From contig OZ244999.1 of assembly GCA_965223265.1 (NCBI GenBank), forward strand, positions 768,001-832,000: DNA of 64,000 nt, given 5' to 3'. The position numbers and the translations under genes are program-made. Shown in pieces: positions 1-9,452 of this stretch (its first letter is position 1; every line of letters begins with the position of its first letter). The stretch is from Planctomycetota bacterium (GTDB taxonomy: Bacteria; Planctomycetota; UBA8108; SXIK01). A model generated the notes under the pieces. That model saw only the letters and a list, made by a program, of their open reading frames with translations, was not told where the DNA came from and did no database searches.

Positions 1-977
1 CACTCGTCCTCCGCGGTTTCCCACGGCACGTCGTCGAACAACAGGCCGAACGATCGAAATCCACAAGCGGCGGCGTCTTCAAAAGCGTTGAGAATCGCTT
101 TCCGCGCTGCCGGGCTTTTGAGATCGTAGTCGCGGCCGAAGCTCATGCGCCGCAGCTCGTAGACCAGTTCAACACCGCGCTCCCGAGCGTACTCGACGAA
201 GTACTCGTCTTCCTTCCATAGTCTGTCGCCAGGTATCCAGCCCCAGCCGTTGTAGAGGACGCGATTGGCTTTAAATGCCCAGGCAAGGTCGATGCCAAGG
301 CGAAGTGAATCGGTGCGCCACAGCGCCCAGCCGCCGAGGAATCGTATGTCGATGTCGGGCCAATCGACGATCTCGTCGGCATCGATCGAGACCAACCCGG
401 TGTCCTCCGTGACGAGGCTCTGAGCCACGGTTGCTGCGCCGCGCTCGAAACCTGCATGGCTTCGAGAGATCACGCACAAGTCCTCGCCGCTCGGCGCGAT
501 GGCGTAGGACTCCCCGTGCGCCGGGAGCGTCAGGCCACGGGCTGCGAGGGCGCCTTCGACGGCGTCTCCGGGCCGCGCAAGCAAAAATCGAATCCGCCGC
601 AGTGGCGCGATTCTGGCGTCGCTCGCGGTTGGTGCCGGCGTCGTGGTTTCTCGAGGTGCTGAGTGCTGCAGTGCCGAAAACGTGCGGTCGGTCGACGCCG
701 CGAGTTCACAGCGAATGTCCCAGCGCTTCCACGCGTCGGCAAGGTGCTGCGCAGCCAGTCTCGCCGAGTTGGCCCCGGCCGTGTCGGCAGCGATCTCGAC
801 TTGCACACTACAGACAGCGTCGCCGACGCGTCGACTCAAGTGTCGACGTCCGAGCCGTCTCCGGCGCTGAGCTCGCGGTAGGTACCGCGTCGCTGCCTCG
901 TTCGGCTGCGGCACCGCGGCGCCGCGGTACGGGTTGTCGACCAGACCGTAGAAGTCGGTGTTCGCTGGCAGCAGCAC
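1..977 (-). CDS. Putative beta-N-acetylglucosaminidase-like glycoside hydrolase (GH20-domain-2-like N-terminus plus GH84-like barrel); 3' end runs off the window
   Basis: Not in the ORF track because it has no stop in the window. Hand translation from GTG at 977 stays open to base 1: ...ESYAIAPSGEDLCVISRSHAGFERGAATVAQ...IVDWPDIDIR...GFRSFGLLFDDVPWE. FGLLFDD resembles the GH84 catalytic Asp-Asp motif. Confidence 0.65.
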   Translation of the reverse strand, partial: MLLPANTDFYGLVDNPYRGAAVPQPNEAATRYLPRAQRRRRLGRRHLSRRVGDAVCSVQVEIAADTAGANSARLAAQHLADAWKRWDIRCELAASTDRTFSALQHSAPRETTTPAPTASDARIAPLRRIRFLLARPGDAVEGALAARGLTLPAHGESYAIAPSGEDLCVISRSHAGFERGAATVAQSLVTEDTGLVSIDADEIVDWPDIDIRFLGGWALWRTDSLRLGIDLAWAFKANRVLYNGWGWIPGDRLWKEDEYFVEYARERGVELVYELRRMSFGRDYDLKSPAARKAILNAFEDAAACGFRSFGLLFDDVPWETAEDE

Positions 978-995
978 GGTAGTGTTCTCTCTCGG

Positions 996-1781
996 CTAAC
1001 CGGCTTGCTGTTTGCCCTGGGAATTCGCCTCGTCCGCGGGCGGCGATTCACTCTTTGTCTCTTTTTTCTTCCAGTACGTGTGGAGACCACACTCGGTTTT
1101 CGCTTTGCCAGCCCAACGCCCGGCTCGTTCGTCGTTGACATCGCTGTTCGGTCGCGTGCACGGCTCGCAGCCTATACTCGTGTAGCCACTCGCGAAGAGT
1201 GGGTGAAGAGGAACCTTGTTCTGGGCAATGAAAGTGTCGACCTGCACGCGTGTCCAAAACGCGAGCGGCTGGACCTTCAGCTTGTCTCCTTCGAGAACCT
1301 CGATTGGTTCGGCGGCCTTGCGAGACGACGATTGATCTCGCCGAACGCCTGTGATCCAGCCGCGGTGGTCTTGAAGAAGTTCTGCAAACGGCTCCACTTT
1401 GTTCTTCTGACAGCACAGGTCCGGATCTGTTTCGTAGAGTTTCTCACCGTGTTTCTGTTTGAATGCATCGCCGTACAGCTGCGGACGCTTCAGACGCAGA
1501 TGGAGTCCCCACTCGTCTCGCAGCCGATCTGCGAAGTCGAGGCTGGCTCGAAAGTGGAACCCCGTGTCGACGAAATAGATCGGTAAGTCGAGACCGAGTT
1601 CCTTAATGATGAACATGATGCACATGCCACTCTTTCCGAACGCAGTGCTCATCATGAGGCCACCGCCGAGCAGATCGTACGCCCACTGAATCAGTGTGCT
1701 GGCATCCTGGTCGGTGCCGTTCGCCCTCGCCGCCGCAACGGCTTCGCGAATGTTGACCTTTGAGTCGCCGGGATTTTCCAT
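996..1781 (-). CDS. cysH: Phosphoadenylyl-sulfate / adenylyl-sulfate reductase
   Basis: Motifs STAFG, DTGFHF, CC..NKVEP, WITGVRRDQS..R, GYTSIGCEPCT, ERAGRW and KTECGLH. The CC...CxxC Fe-S ligands suggest the APS-reductase type. Start moved to ATG at 1781. Confidence 0.93.
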   Translation of the reverse strand: MENPGDSKVNIREAVAAARANGTDQDASTLIQWAYDLLGGGLMMSTAFGKSGMCIMFIIKELGLDLPIYFVDTGFHFRASLDFADRLRDEWGLHLRLKRPQLYGDAFKQKHGEKLYETDPDLCCQKNKVEPFAELLQDHRGWITGVRRDQSSSRKAAEPIEVLEGDKLKVQPLAFWTRVQVDTFIAQNKVPLHPLFASGYTSIGCEPCTRPNSDVNDERAGRWAGKAKTECGLHTYWKKKETKSESPPADEANSQGKQQAG

Positions 1782-1836
1782 GAAAGCCTCTGTCGAGCGG
1801 ATTCGTCGATGGCGGTCGAACCGAATCAACGATCTT

Positions 1837-3156
1837 TTAGTGGTTGGAGGAAGTTAGTTGTGAGCGAGCGAAATCTTGAAGAAACGGTGCGACACGATCG
1901 AGTTCACGCAGCAGGACGACTTCACCGACCACGATCAAAGCTGGAGCCGAGCATTCACTCTCGCGTGCCAGCGTGGCCAGTTTTCCCAACTCGGAGGTCA
2001 ATACGCGTTGATCCGGCAAGGTGCCGTTTTCGATGATGGCTGCCGGCGTCGATAGGGAAACTCCTTCGGAGCACAGCTCCTCGACGACGTGCTGCAGTCT
2101 CGACACGGCCATGAAGTAAACGTAGGTCCTCTGCGACGTGCCGGCGCTGGCTTCGAACGCAGAACGACCTTCGGCAGCCGGCAGTCGGTGTCCACTCCGA
2201 ATCACCAGCTCGCTGGCGACGCCGCGATAGGTAACAGGGATTTCTGCTGCGGCGGGTACCGCGCTCAGCGACGAGATGCCCGGGACGATTTCGAATGGCA
2301 CGCGGGCTCGGCGCAGGGCAAGGAGCTCCTCGCCGCCGCGCCCGAAGACCATGGGGTCGCCACCCTTTAACCGCGCGACGCATCGGCCGTCACGGGCTGC
2401 CTGCACCATGAGCTCGGCGATGTTGGCGCGGTGAGCGTGGCCGACTTCTTTGCCCACATAGACCTTTTCCGCCGTTGGCGCCGCGAGAGCGACCACACTG
2501 TCGCTGACGAGTCGATCATAGAACACGACGTCAGCGCTCTGTAGCACTTCGTAGCCTCGTAGAGTGACCAGTTCGCTGGCGCCGGGACCTCCTCCCACCA
2601 GGTACACCCAACCGGGAGAAACCGCTCGAGTTGTCGATTCGCCGATCGCCGGAGTGGCCGCGCCGCGTGGTGTGTCGAGGACTGCCGAGATCGTCTTCCG
2701 ATGGCGTTCGCACCACGTTGCGAGCGCATCGCGGACACGCTTCGCTGCGGCCGGGTTGACTCCTCCGGTCGACACTGAGATATCGAGTCGCGCGTGCTCG
2801 ACGACGGCAGGGACGTGGACATCGCCGCGCGCTTCATCGGCAGCGCAGTTGAAGAGAAATGATCGAGTCTGCGACAGCTCCTCAAGCAGTGTGAGCACAC
2901 CTCGATCGCCGGTCGCCGCGATCACCAGAGTCGCACCTTCAACGTCGTCTGCAAGGAATCGCCGATCGACCCATAGGATGGATCCATGATCGACGAAGCG
3001 CTGTAGCTCCGGCGCGAGATCGGGGCTGACGATCGTGACGTGAGCGCCGCAGTCGACGAGCCGCGGTACGCGGCGGCTAGCGACGCGTCCACCGCCGACC
3101 ACGAGGACGCGCTTGCCGGTGAGCTTGAGGTGGATCGGGTAGAGCGAGTGCTGCAT
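1837..3156 (-). CDS. cysG: Siroheme synthase (precorrin-2 dehydrogenase/ferrochelatase fused to uroporphyrinogen-III C-methyltransferase)
   Basis: N-terminal VLVVGGGRVA and ISVSTGG; C-terminal VYLVGGGPG, YDRLV, RLKGGDPMVFGRGGEE and VPGISS. Confidence 0.93.
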   Translation of the reverse strand: MQHSLYPIHLKLTGKRVLVVGGGRVASRRVPRLVDCGAHVTIVSPDLAPELQRFVDHGSILWVDRRFLADDVEGATLVIAATGDRGVLTLLEELSQTRSFLFNCAADEARGDVHVPAVVEHARLDISVSTGGVNPAAAKRVRDALATWCERHRKTISAVLDTPRGAATPAIGESTTRAVSPGWVYLVGGGPGASELVTLRGYEVLQSADVVFYDRLVSDSVVALAAPTAEKVYVGKEVGHAHRANIAELMVQAARDGRCVARLKGGDPMVFGRGGEELLALRRARVPFEIVPGISSLSAVPAAAEIPVTYRGVASELVIRSGHRLPAAEGRSAFEASAGTSQRTYVYFMAVSRLQHVVEELCSEGVSLSTPAAIIENGTLPDQRVLTSELGKLATLARESECSAPALIVVGEVVLLRELDRVAPFLQDFARSQLTSSNH

Positions 3157-3795
3157 CGGGAGTCGTTAGGTGCGAGAAAGGGTCGAGACGGAACTTGGTG
3201 CATCGGGAGAAGTGTGCCACACGGAGTACTTCGTCGTACGTCGCGCGCGATTCAACGGCGGCAGCCATCGATCGCGCCGCTCGGGCTGCGTTCGTCGCCG
3301 CAGCTCAAGCCGTGAAGTGCGCGGATTCACCTGGGGGCGGATCGGGTCAGCGGAAGCGTGCCCGTTCCGGGTCGAAAGTTGTGGGAGCGCTTACCGCACT
3401 CCCTTGATACAGGTACAGTTCAGGTGTCCGAGCGAGTCCATCGCAGCAATCCCTTCGCAGGAATCCATCGCGAAAATGATAGCGTTTTGCGAGTCGTTGG
3501 CGAGCGCGTGTGGCGTCGCCAAGAAACCCATCCTAGGTGGCGGACGGCGCGGATGCAATACGATTTGTGACCCCAGCGAGCAGAAACACACAGTCCCGCG
3601 GGCAGCGGAATGGCAGCTGGATGTACGGGGAGGCGGTCGATAGAATCCGGTTTTGCTTTTTTTACCTACCCAGCGGGCCGTCCAGATCGGCTCAAGGCCG
3701 CCCATCGACAACTCGCCGGACGCGCTCTACCTCCACAAGGCGGCGCTCGTTTCCGGCGTGCCAGACGGCGATGACCAAAACTTGAAGGAGGAACT

Positions 3796-4404
3796 ATGGC
3801 TTACGAGTTGCCATCTCTACCATACGCCTACGACGCGCTGGAGCCGCACATCGACGCCAGAACGATGGAGATCCATCACACGAAGCACCATCAAACGTAT
3901 ATCAACAATGTCAATGCGGCGCTGGAGGGGCACCCCGCGCTCGCGGCGAAGTCGGTCGAGGACCTCGTCAGCGACCTGGCTTCCGTACCAGAAGCGATTC
4001 GCGGGGCGGTGCGCAACAATGGTGGCGGGCACGCCAATCACTCCCTTTTTTGGCAGATCATGGGGCCGGGAAAGGGGGGCGAGCCGGGCGGTGACGTAGG
4101 CGCAGCGATCGCGTCGACGTTTGGCAGTTTCGGCGCGTTCACCGAAGAGTTCGCGAAGGCGGGCGCGACCCGTTTCGGATCGGGGTGGGCGTGGCTGGTC
4201 GTCGAGGGCGGCAAGCTGGCTGTCACAAGCACGCCGAATCAGGACACTCCGCTCTCCGAAGGCAAGACACCGATTCTTGGTCTCGACGTGTGGGAGCACG
4301 CCTACTACCTGAATTATCAAAACCGACGTCCTGACTACATCAAGGCGTTCTGGAACGTTGTCAATTGGGACAAGGTCGCCGAGCTTTACGCGGCAGCCAA
4401 GTGA
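3796..4404 (+). CDS. sodA: Superoxide dismutase [Mn/Fe]
   Basis: [38 protein letters not shown] and DVWEHAYY; AAGGAGG Shine-Dalgarno upstream. Confidence 0.96.
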   Translation: MAYELPSLPYAYDALEPHIDARTMEIHHTKHHQTYINNVNAALEGHPALAAKSVEDLVSDLASVPEAIRGAVRNNGGGHANHSLFWQIMGPGKGGEPGGDVGAAIASTFGSFGAFTEEFAKAGATRFGSGWAWLVVEGGKLAVTSTPNQDTPLSEGKTPILGLDVWEHAYYLNYQNRRPDYIKAFWNVVNWDKVAELYAAAK

Positions 4405-4545
4405 CAGCTGCTGATCCCTAGCCCACATTTTTCTGCTGCGAGCTCCTCGGTCTTGGCTTCGATCGAAGATTGTTGCCGAGATCGCGGAGCTGGCAGACGA
4501 GGCGCTGCGGAGACGGCTCGCTCGCAGCATCCGTTGACTCGTTGA

Positions 4546-5922
4546 CTATCCAGGAGGGGTGCTCAGCCAGGGAGGTTGAGCTGCCCTGCGAAAGTGTGCC
4601 TCCAGCTTCTCGAGCGAGATACGTCGAGGTCGGTCCGGTGTGCTTCGTTCGATCAGGGTGACTTCGCCGTGTTCCTGTTCCGCTCCGACTTCGACGACAC
4701 AGGCGACGCGATCCTCAAACGCGGCCCGCACTTTGAACCGCAGTCGCTCGCGGCGGCGCTCCAAGTCGGCTGTGACGCCGGCGTCCGCGAGCTTCTGAGT
4801 CAGTCGCTCGGCGGTTGAAAGAAACTCCGTGCGTGCTGGGATCACGCGCACCTGACGTGGCGAAAGCCAGAACGGTAGATTTCCACGCTGGCGTTCGAGC
4901 AGCCGCCAGAGGAGGTCGCGAGCATTCTGACCGAGTGCCGTTCGCTGCCTGAGTGGAGACTCCGTCTCGAGGCGGCGCGGAACCGGCGACGCAGGCCACA
5001 CCGCGACAACACCGCATTCACACGCGACGTCGAAGCGGTTGTAGATGCAGAAACTGAGCCGAAGCGGTGTGCCTGGGTCAACGAACTCGTCGTCAACCTC
5101 GGCGCCGAGGTCTCGAAGCACCGCTCTGACGCCGCCGACGCGAAGGCCTAAGCGGAGCGAGGTGACGTCCGGATACGTCAAATGAACCGCGAAGGGAAGC
5201 TCCAGCATCCGGTAGATCGCGGCGGCCGCTACCAGAGTCGTCGCGGCTGCCATCGGCTGCTGAGTTGGGCGATCGGCGTCGGATGCGGCGGTGTAATCAT
5301 CGATGGCCCTTTCGAGGCGCGCCACGATCAACTCACCAGCCTTGGAGAGATGCGCCAGTTCGTGGTCGTGGGCTGCGCCGATTTCGCGCGCACTGGGCTC
5401 GACGATTCTCAATCGAGCGCCAAGGTCGAATGCATCACGTTCTATCCCGGCCTCGTAGCGGGCGACAAGCAGCTGGAAGCGCCGCGCGTCCATGCTGGCG
5501 ACACCATCGATCTGTCGTCGCCCGCCACAGGGTGATCCTGTTGACTCGCCGGACAGGGATGATGCTTGGCGCCGCGAAGGCGTCGGGTCGAAGAGCTCAA
5601 GCTCAGCCGAAAAAGCGTCTCGTCCGGTAGCAAGGGCCTTTGCCGCTCGCCGTGCCAGCGACCGGATTTCACCAGGGAGAAAGTCGACTGCCTCGGCGGG
5701 TCGTATCGAAAAACCCTCGAACGGCAGGAGTCGCGGCCGCACAGTGCAGCCGCGGCAGCGCGGATCGAGTTCGGGAAGAACCCGCTCCAAAGCGCCGCAG
5801 AGTCTGACCATCTCCGCCGAGGAATCCGTCCTCCACGCTCCCTCGTGACCACAGCAGAACTGCCTTGGACTGACGAGCGCTGGCTCGCCCTCTGCGTGGC
5901 AAGCCGATGGGCGGTCGTTCAT
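4546..5922 (-). CDS. Degenerate threonyl-tRNA synthetase-like protein with C-terminal HGTP anticodon-binding domain
   Basis: C-terminal LLERQRGNLPFWLSPRQVRVIP...ERLRFKVRAAFEDRVACVVEVG resembles the ThrRS C-terminus. Catalytic motifs are eroded and there are no TGS or editing domains. Confidence 0.65.
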   Translation of the reverse strand: MNDRPSACHAEGEPALVSPRQFCCGHEGAWRTDSSAEMVRLCGALERVLPELDPRCRGCTVRPRLLPFEGFSIRPAEAVDFLPGEIRSLARRAAKALATGRDAFSAELELFDPTPSRRQASSLSGESTGSPCGGRRQIDGVASMDARRFQLLVARYEAGIERDAFDLGARLRIVEPSAREIGAAHDHELAHLSKAGELIVARLERAIDDYTAASDADRPTQQPMAAATTLVAAAAIYRMLELPFAVHLTYPDVTSLRLGLRVGGVRAVLRDLGAEVDDEFVDPGTPLRLSFCIYNRFDVACECGVVAVWPASPVPRRLETESPLRQRTALGQNARDLLWRLLERQRGNLPFWLSPRQVRVIPARTEFLSTAERLTQKLADAGVTADLERRRERLRFKVRAAFEDRVACVVEVGAEQEHGEVTLIERSTPDRPRRISLEKLEAHFRRAAQPPWLSTPPG

Positions 5923-5963
5923 TTTCGTGCTGTCTTCTTAGCAGCCTGTTCAGGCTAATCTAT

Positions 5964-6140
5964 CAGTCCGTTGAAAGAGTCACTCGGCCGAGAAACGGGC
6001 CTCTTCACGCTCGGCTCGACCGCGTCACTACTCACCACGATACCTTACAGAAGAGGGCTCGAAGATTATCTGCGTTTGCTGCACCCGATCTGGATGCGAA
6101 GAGACCAGTTTTCGACTCGAAGCACTCTTTCAACAGGCTG
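5964..6140 (-). mobile_element. MITE-like fold-back repeat, copy 1 (long-loop variant)
   Basis: CAGTCCGTTGAAAGAGT...ACTCTTTCAACAGGCTG, flanked by CTAT/CTAA; aligns with the copies at 11010, 13525, 24085 and 26807. Confidence 0.85.
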
Positions 6141-7208
6141 CTAAGCGTCGAAGTTGGCTCCGACGGCGCCCGGCGCCACCGGTTGTCGGCCTGGGTCTAA
6201 CGGCTCGACTTCGTCGGTCTCATCCCTGATCTCGCCGACGAGCTCCTCGAGAACATCCTCGAGCGATACAACGCCACTCGTACCTCCGTACTCATCGAGG
6301 ACGACGAAAAGGTGTTGCCGAGTCTTTTGAAACTCCTCGAGCAGCGTCAAGGCTACGGTTCCTTCGTAGATGATCTTCGCTTCCTTCGCGATCTCGCCAA
6401 TCGTCTTGTCGCCATTACCCGCTGCGAGCGTCAAAAGTATGTCACGCAAGTAGGCGATGCCGACGATGCGATCGAGATCGCCCTCCTCGACGACGAGAAT
6501 GCGGCTATGCTCTGTCTGCAGCTCATCGCGGTCGATTTCTCGGAGCTTCATGTCTGCAGGAAAGGACGAGATCTCGACGCGGTGGGTCATGATGTCTTTC
6601 GCCGTGATGTCGTTTAAGCGAAAGACCTTCTGCACGAGGTCGCTTTCTTCTTGCGTGATTTCACCGCTGCGATTTGCGAGCTGCGCGAGAACGTTGATTT
6701 CATCTTCGCTACTCACTTTCGGTTCTTCTTTTCCGGTGAGCGGCCGAACGATTTTCTCGATGACCCAGATGAGCGGCAGAAGAATCTGAGTCATGAGCTG
6801 CACAACAGGAGCGGCGTAGAGCGACACCGTGCCGCAGTACTTCTCGCCGATCGTCTTGGGTGCGATTTCGGCGAAAACAATGACGAGGAACGTCAGGCAG
6901 GCGGAGAAAATCCCGACGCCTTCGCTCTTGAACAGCTTGGCTGCTTGGCTCCCGATGTAGATGGAGCCAACGATATTCACTGTGTTGTTGAGGATGACGA
7001 TGGTTGCGATCGGCCGGCGCAGATCTTCTTTGATCCGAAGAAGATGTTCGGCGAGTCGGTGCTTGCGGTCGACGGCAAGGTGGACTTGCGACACCGGGAC
7101 GCTAAAGAGCGCCGCCTCGGTCATCGACGTCAAACCCGACAGCACAAGGAGCGGAACTACATAAAAGAGTAGTAGTGTCGTCATCGAGGTCTGAAAAAAG
7201 TGTAGCAC
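6141..7208 (-). CDS. CNNM/hemolysin-family protein (DUF21 transmembrane domain plus CBS pair)
   Basis: LSGLTSMTEAALFS, IVFAEIAPKT, DIMTHR, HSRILV and VLDEYGGTSGVVSLEDVLEELVGEIRDE. Alternative start is ATG at 7184. Confidence 0.92.
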   Translation of the reverse strand: MLHFFQTSMTTLLLFYVVPLLVLSGLTSMTEAALFSVPVSQVHLAVDRKHRLAEHLLRIKEDLRRPIATIVILNNTVNIVGSIYIGSQAAKLFKSEGVGIFSACLTFLVIVFAEIAPKTIGEKYCGTVSLYAAPVVQLMTQILLPLIWVIEKIVRPLTGKEEPKVSSEDEINVLAQLANRSGEITQEESDLVQKVFRLNDITAKDIMTHRVEISSFPADMKLREIDRDELQTEHSRILVVEEGDLDRIVGIAYLRDILLTLAAGNGDKTIGEIAKEAKIIYEGTVALTLLEEFQKTRQHLFVVLDEYGGTSGVVSLEDVLEELVGEIRDETDEVEPLDPGRQPVAPGAVGANFDA

Positions 7209-7579
7209 CCTCGCCTGTAAAGCCGCAACCGCAATGCGCCGCTCTTCGACGCTAGACCACCCTAAGTGCCTTCAGGGTCGTCCGATTTCGAACTCTGAAC
7301 GGCATTTATAGAACCGCGGCTCCGGGGCCTGGCGGCTACTCGGGAGGCCGAAAAATTGCTGGTGCGCGGCTTGACCTCGTTCCCTTGCTCCTGATAGCTT
7401 CCCTGTCCACAGGCCCGACGCGTGCGAGCCCTGGGTCGCGAAGCCTGCGCTTGAGACGTGTGCCTGCAGCAACTTCCCGACTTCTGATCTCATCTCATCA
7501 CCGATCACTGCGGTGTCAGCGTCTCCACCGCGTGCAGCCGGAGTGCGCTGCCCCAGCAATTCTAGCAAGGAGTCATCCC

Positions 7580-8749
7580 GTGGGATTCAGTCAAACGAAA
7601 GAACACCGCAGAGGAAAGCACTCGTACCATCAGATCGGGCTCGTGCGCGGACAGTTCGGTGCCGTACCCGAAGACGAATGGCTCGCCTATATCAGCGAGC
7701 TTGGTTATGACGGGTGGGAGGAAGCTAGTTGGGAGCTCGGCCTTTCTCGCTGCGCGGATGACGCCGGTGCCGAGGCTTACGCCAAGGAGCGCGTCGCCAA
7801 AGCCAAGGCGCGCGGGTTGGAGATTTTTACGGTGGCGACGCATCTTCAAGGCCAAGCTCTCGGCGACGAGCCGAGCGCGAAAACGCTGCAGTTCGTCGGC
7901 GGCGAGGCTGTGGAGGCTTACAAGTCGTGGCGCCAAGCTGGGAACGAGCCACCCCGCACCGATCCTCTCTACGTTCCCGATGAGGTCGGTCGTTTGGTTC
8001 ATGAGTCGGCACAGCGCGACCTGATCGCGAGCGTGCGGCTCGCCCACTTCCTTGGAAAACTTCAAGATCGCGTTGTCGTAGTGCCCGGCTTTGTTGGCTC
8101 TTCTGCCCACTGTTGGGCTAGCTGGTTTCAGTTTCCGCCGCCGCCAGGATCGATCGGCGGGTTTGACATACCGGACGTACGTCAGGTGAGCCTAGAGCTT
8201 CTCCTCGAGCGCTTTGGCCCGGTCTTTGAAGCATGCAAGCGCTACGGCACGAAGTTCGGCCTGGAGTGTCACCCGACCGAACGCGCTATGGGCGACCTTG
8301 AGTCGGCTGGTGATTTCCTGCGCGCCGTGCAAGGCGCCGGGTTTGACGGCGTGGTCGGATTCAACTTCGATGCCTCCCACATGGAATGGCAAAACGTCTC
8401 CGGCGTTGAGTTCATTCGCGAGTATGGCGACCACATCTACTCGGCCCACATCAAAGGGGTCCAAGTCATCAAGGATCACTGCCGCGGCGGTCTCCTCGGA
8501 GGGCACCGCGACATGGGAACGAAGCTCAACGGCTGGAACTTCGTCACGGCCGGCTCGGCACGTGATGCCGTCTCCGTCGAGGAGATCGTGATCGAGCTGA
8601 ATCGCTCCGGTTACGACGGCGCGATCAACATTGAATGGGAAGACAACGACGTCGATCAACTCGACGGAGCGCGGATCGCCCTCGGGAATGTCCACAGAGG
8701 GGACGCTGCCCCGAGTCTGACGCGACACGATGAGACCCTCAAAGCCTAG
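7580..8749 (+). CDS. Sugar phosphate isomerase/epimerase (xylose-isomerase-like TIM barrel)
   Basis: FGLECHPTE, GFNFDASH, HIKG, WNFVTAG and INIEWED. Start set at GTG 7580 after AAGGAG. Confidence 0.85.
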   Translation: MGFSQTKEHRRGKHSYHQIGLVRGQFGAVPEDEWLAYISELGYDGWEEASWELGLSRCADDAGAEAYAKERVAKAKARGLEIFTVATHLQGQALGDEPSAKTLQFVGGEAVEAYKSWRQAGNEPPRTDPLYVPDEVGRLVHESAQRDLIASVRLAHFLGKLQDRVVVVPGFVGSSAHCWASWFQFPPPPGSIGGFDIPDVRQVSLELLLERFGPVFEACKRYGTKFGLECHPTERAMGDLESAGDFLRAVQGAGFDGVVGFNFDASHMEWQNVSGVEFIREYGDHIYSAHIKGVQVIKDHCRGGLLGGHRDMGTKLNGWNFVTAGSARDAVSVEEIVIELNRSGYDGAINIEWEDNDVDQLDGARIALGNVHRGDAAPSLTRHDETLKA

Positions 8750-8758
8750 CGGTGCGAA

Positions 8759-9097
8759 ATGCGGTATTTGGTCCAGGTTCTGTTGATCGCCTACGGTCTC
8801 GCTCTGATCATCGGCGGCGTCATGGGATACGCGAAAGGGGGAAGCCTGCCGTCGGTCGTCGCTGGCTCCATTTCAGGGGTCCTTGTGATCCTCTGTTTTG
8901 GAGTGGCGTTCAAGCGGCCCCGACTGGCGTTCTGCCTCGGTGCGCTGATCTCGATCGCTGTCGCCGGCCTCATGTTTTGGCGCTATTTCGAAACCAAAAA
9001 GATGATGCCCAGCGGTGGCGTGGCGATCTTGAGCACGCTGATGGCTGTTCTGCTGATCGTCGCAGCCTTGCCGCGCCGTCGGCCCGCGAAGCGATGA
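8759..9097 (+). CDS. TMEM14-family membrane protein
   Basis: YGLALIIGGVMGYAKGGSLPSVVAG...TKKMMPSG pattern with 3-4 hydrophobic helices. Confidence 0.85.
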   Translation: MRYLVQVLLIAYGLALIIGGVMGYAKGGSLPSVVAGSISGVLVILCFGVAFKRPRLAFCLGALISIAVAGLMFWRYFETKKMMPSGGVAILSTLMAVLLIVAALPRRRPAKR

Positions 9098-9129
9098 TGC
9101 GGTTTGCGGGCCGCGACGCGTCGACTCAG

Positions 9130-9179
9130 CAGCCTGTTGAAAAAGTGCTTCGAGCCAAAGTGGTTGACTCAACAGGCTG
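9130..9179 (+). mobile_element. MITE-like repeat, copy 2 (50-bp internally deleted remnant)
   Basis: CAGCCTGTTGAAAAAGTGCTTCGAGCC...TCAACAGGCTG: both termini kept, interior lost; flanks TCAG/TTAG. Confidence 0.75.
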
Positions 9180-9452
9180 TTAGCGCAAGCGGAGAACTCC
9201 GCGCTTTTCTGACTCGTCTTTGGGAGTGCGTGCGCTGTGGCGGTGAATGTGCGGCCGAGTGCTGCGATCGATCACGCGAGGCAGAAGCTCTCGGTACGCG
9301 GGTTCACCGGCGCCTGGATTGAACGTCGCCCAACGAGCTTCGCCGTTCCGCCCGGCGTCAGACGTCGGATGGGTCTGCGAGAACATGACGAAGATCCCTG
9401 CGGCGCAAAACAGAACGAACAGAATGGAGACAAATTGGGGTCGTCCGTTCAT
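9180..9452 (-). CDS. Small hypothetical membrane-anchored or exported protein
   Basis: 90 aa with an N-terminal hydrophobic stretch; strong Shine-Dalgarno AAAGGAGGTGA just upstream of the ATG. Confidence 0.55.
   Translation of the reverse strand: MNGRPQFVSILFVLFCAAGIFVMFSQTHPTSDAGRNGEARWATFNPGAGEPAYRELLPRVIDRSTRPHIHRHSARTPKDESEKRGVLRLR

Noticed and set aside
431-982. 183-aa plus-strand Arg-rich ORF
   Set aside because: Antisense to the GH84-like frame, which has recognisable motifs.
3391-3531. ANDSQNA... peptide resembling a tmRNA tag
   Set aside because: No tRNA-like GGGG...CCACCA ends and no ALAA-type C-terminus.
3817-4530. 237-aa ORF antisense to sod
   Set aside because: Shadow ORF typical of GC-rich coding sequence; no motifs.
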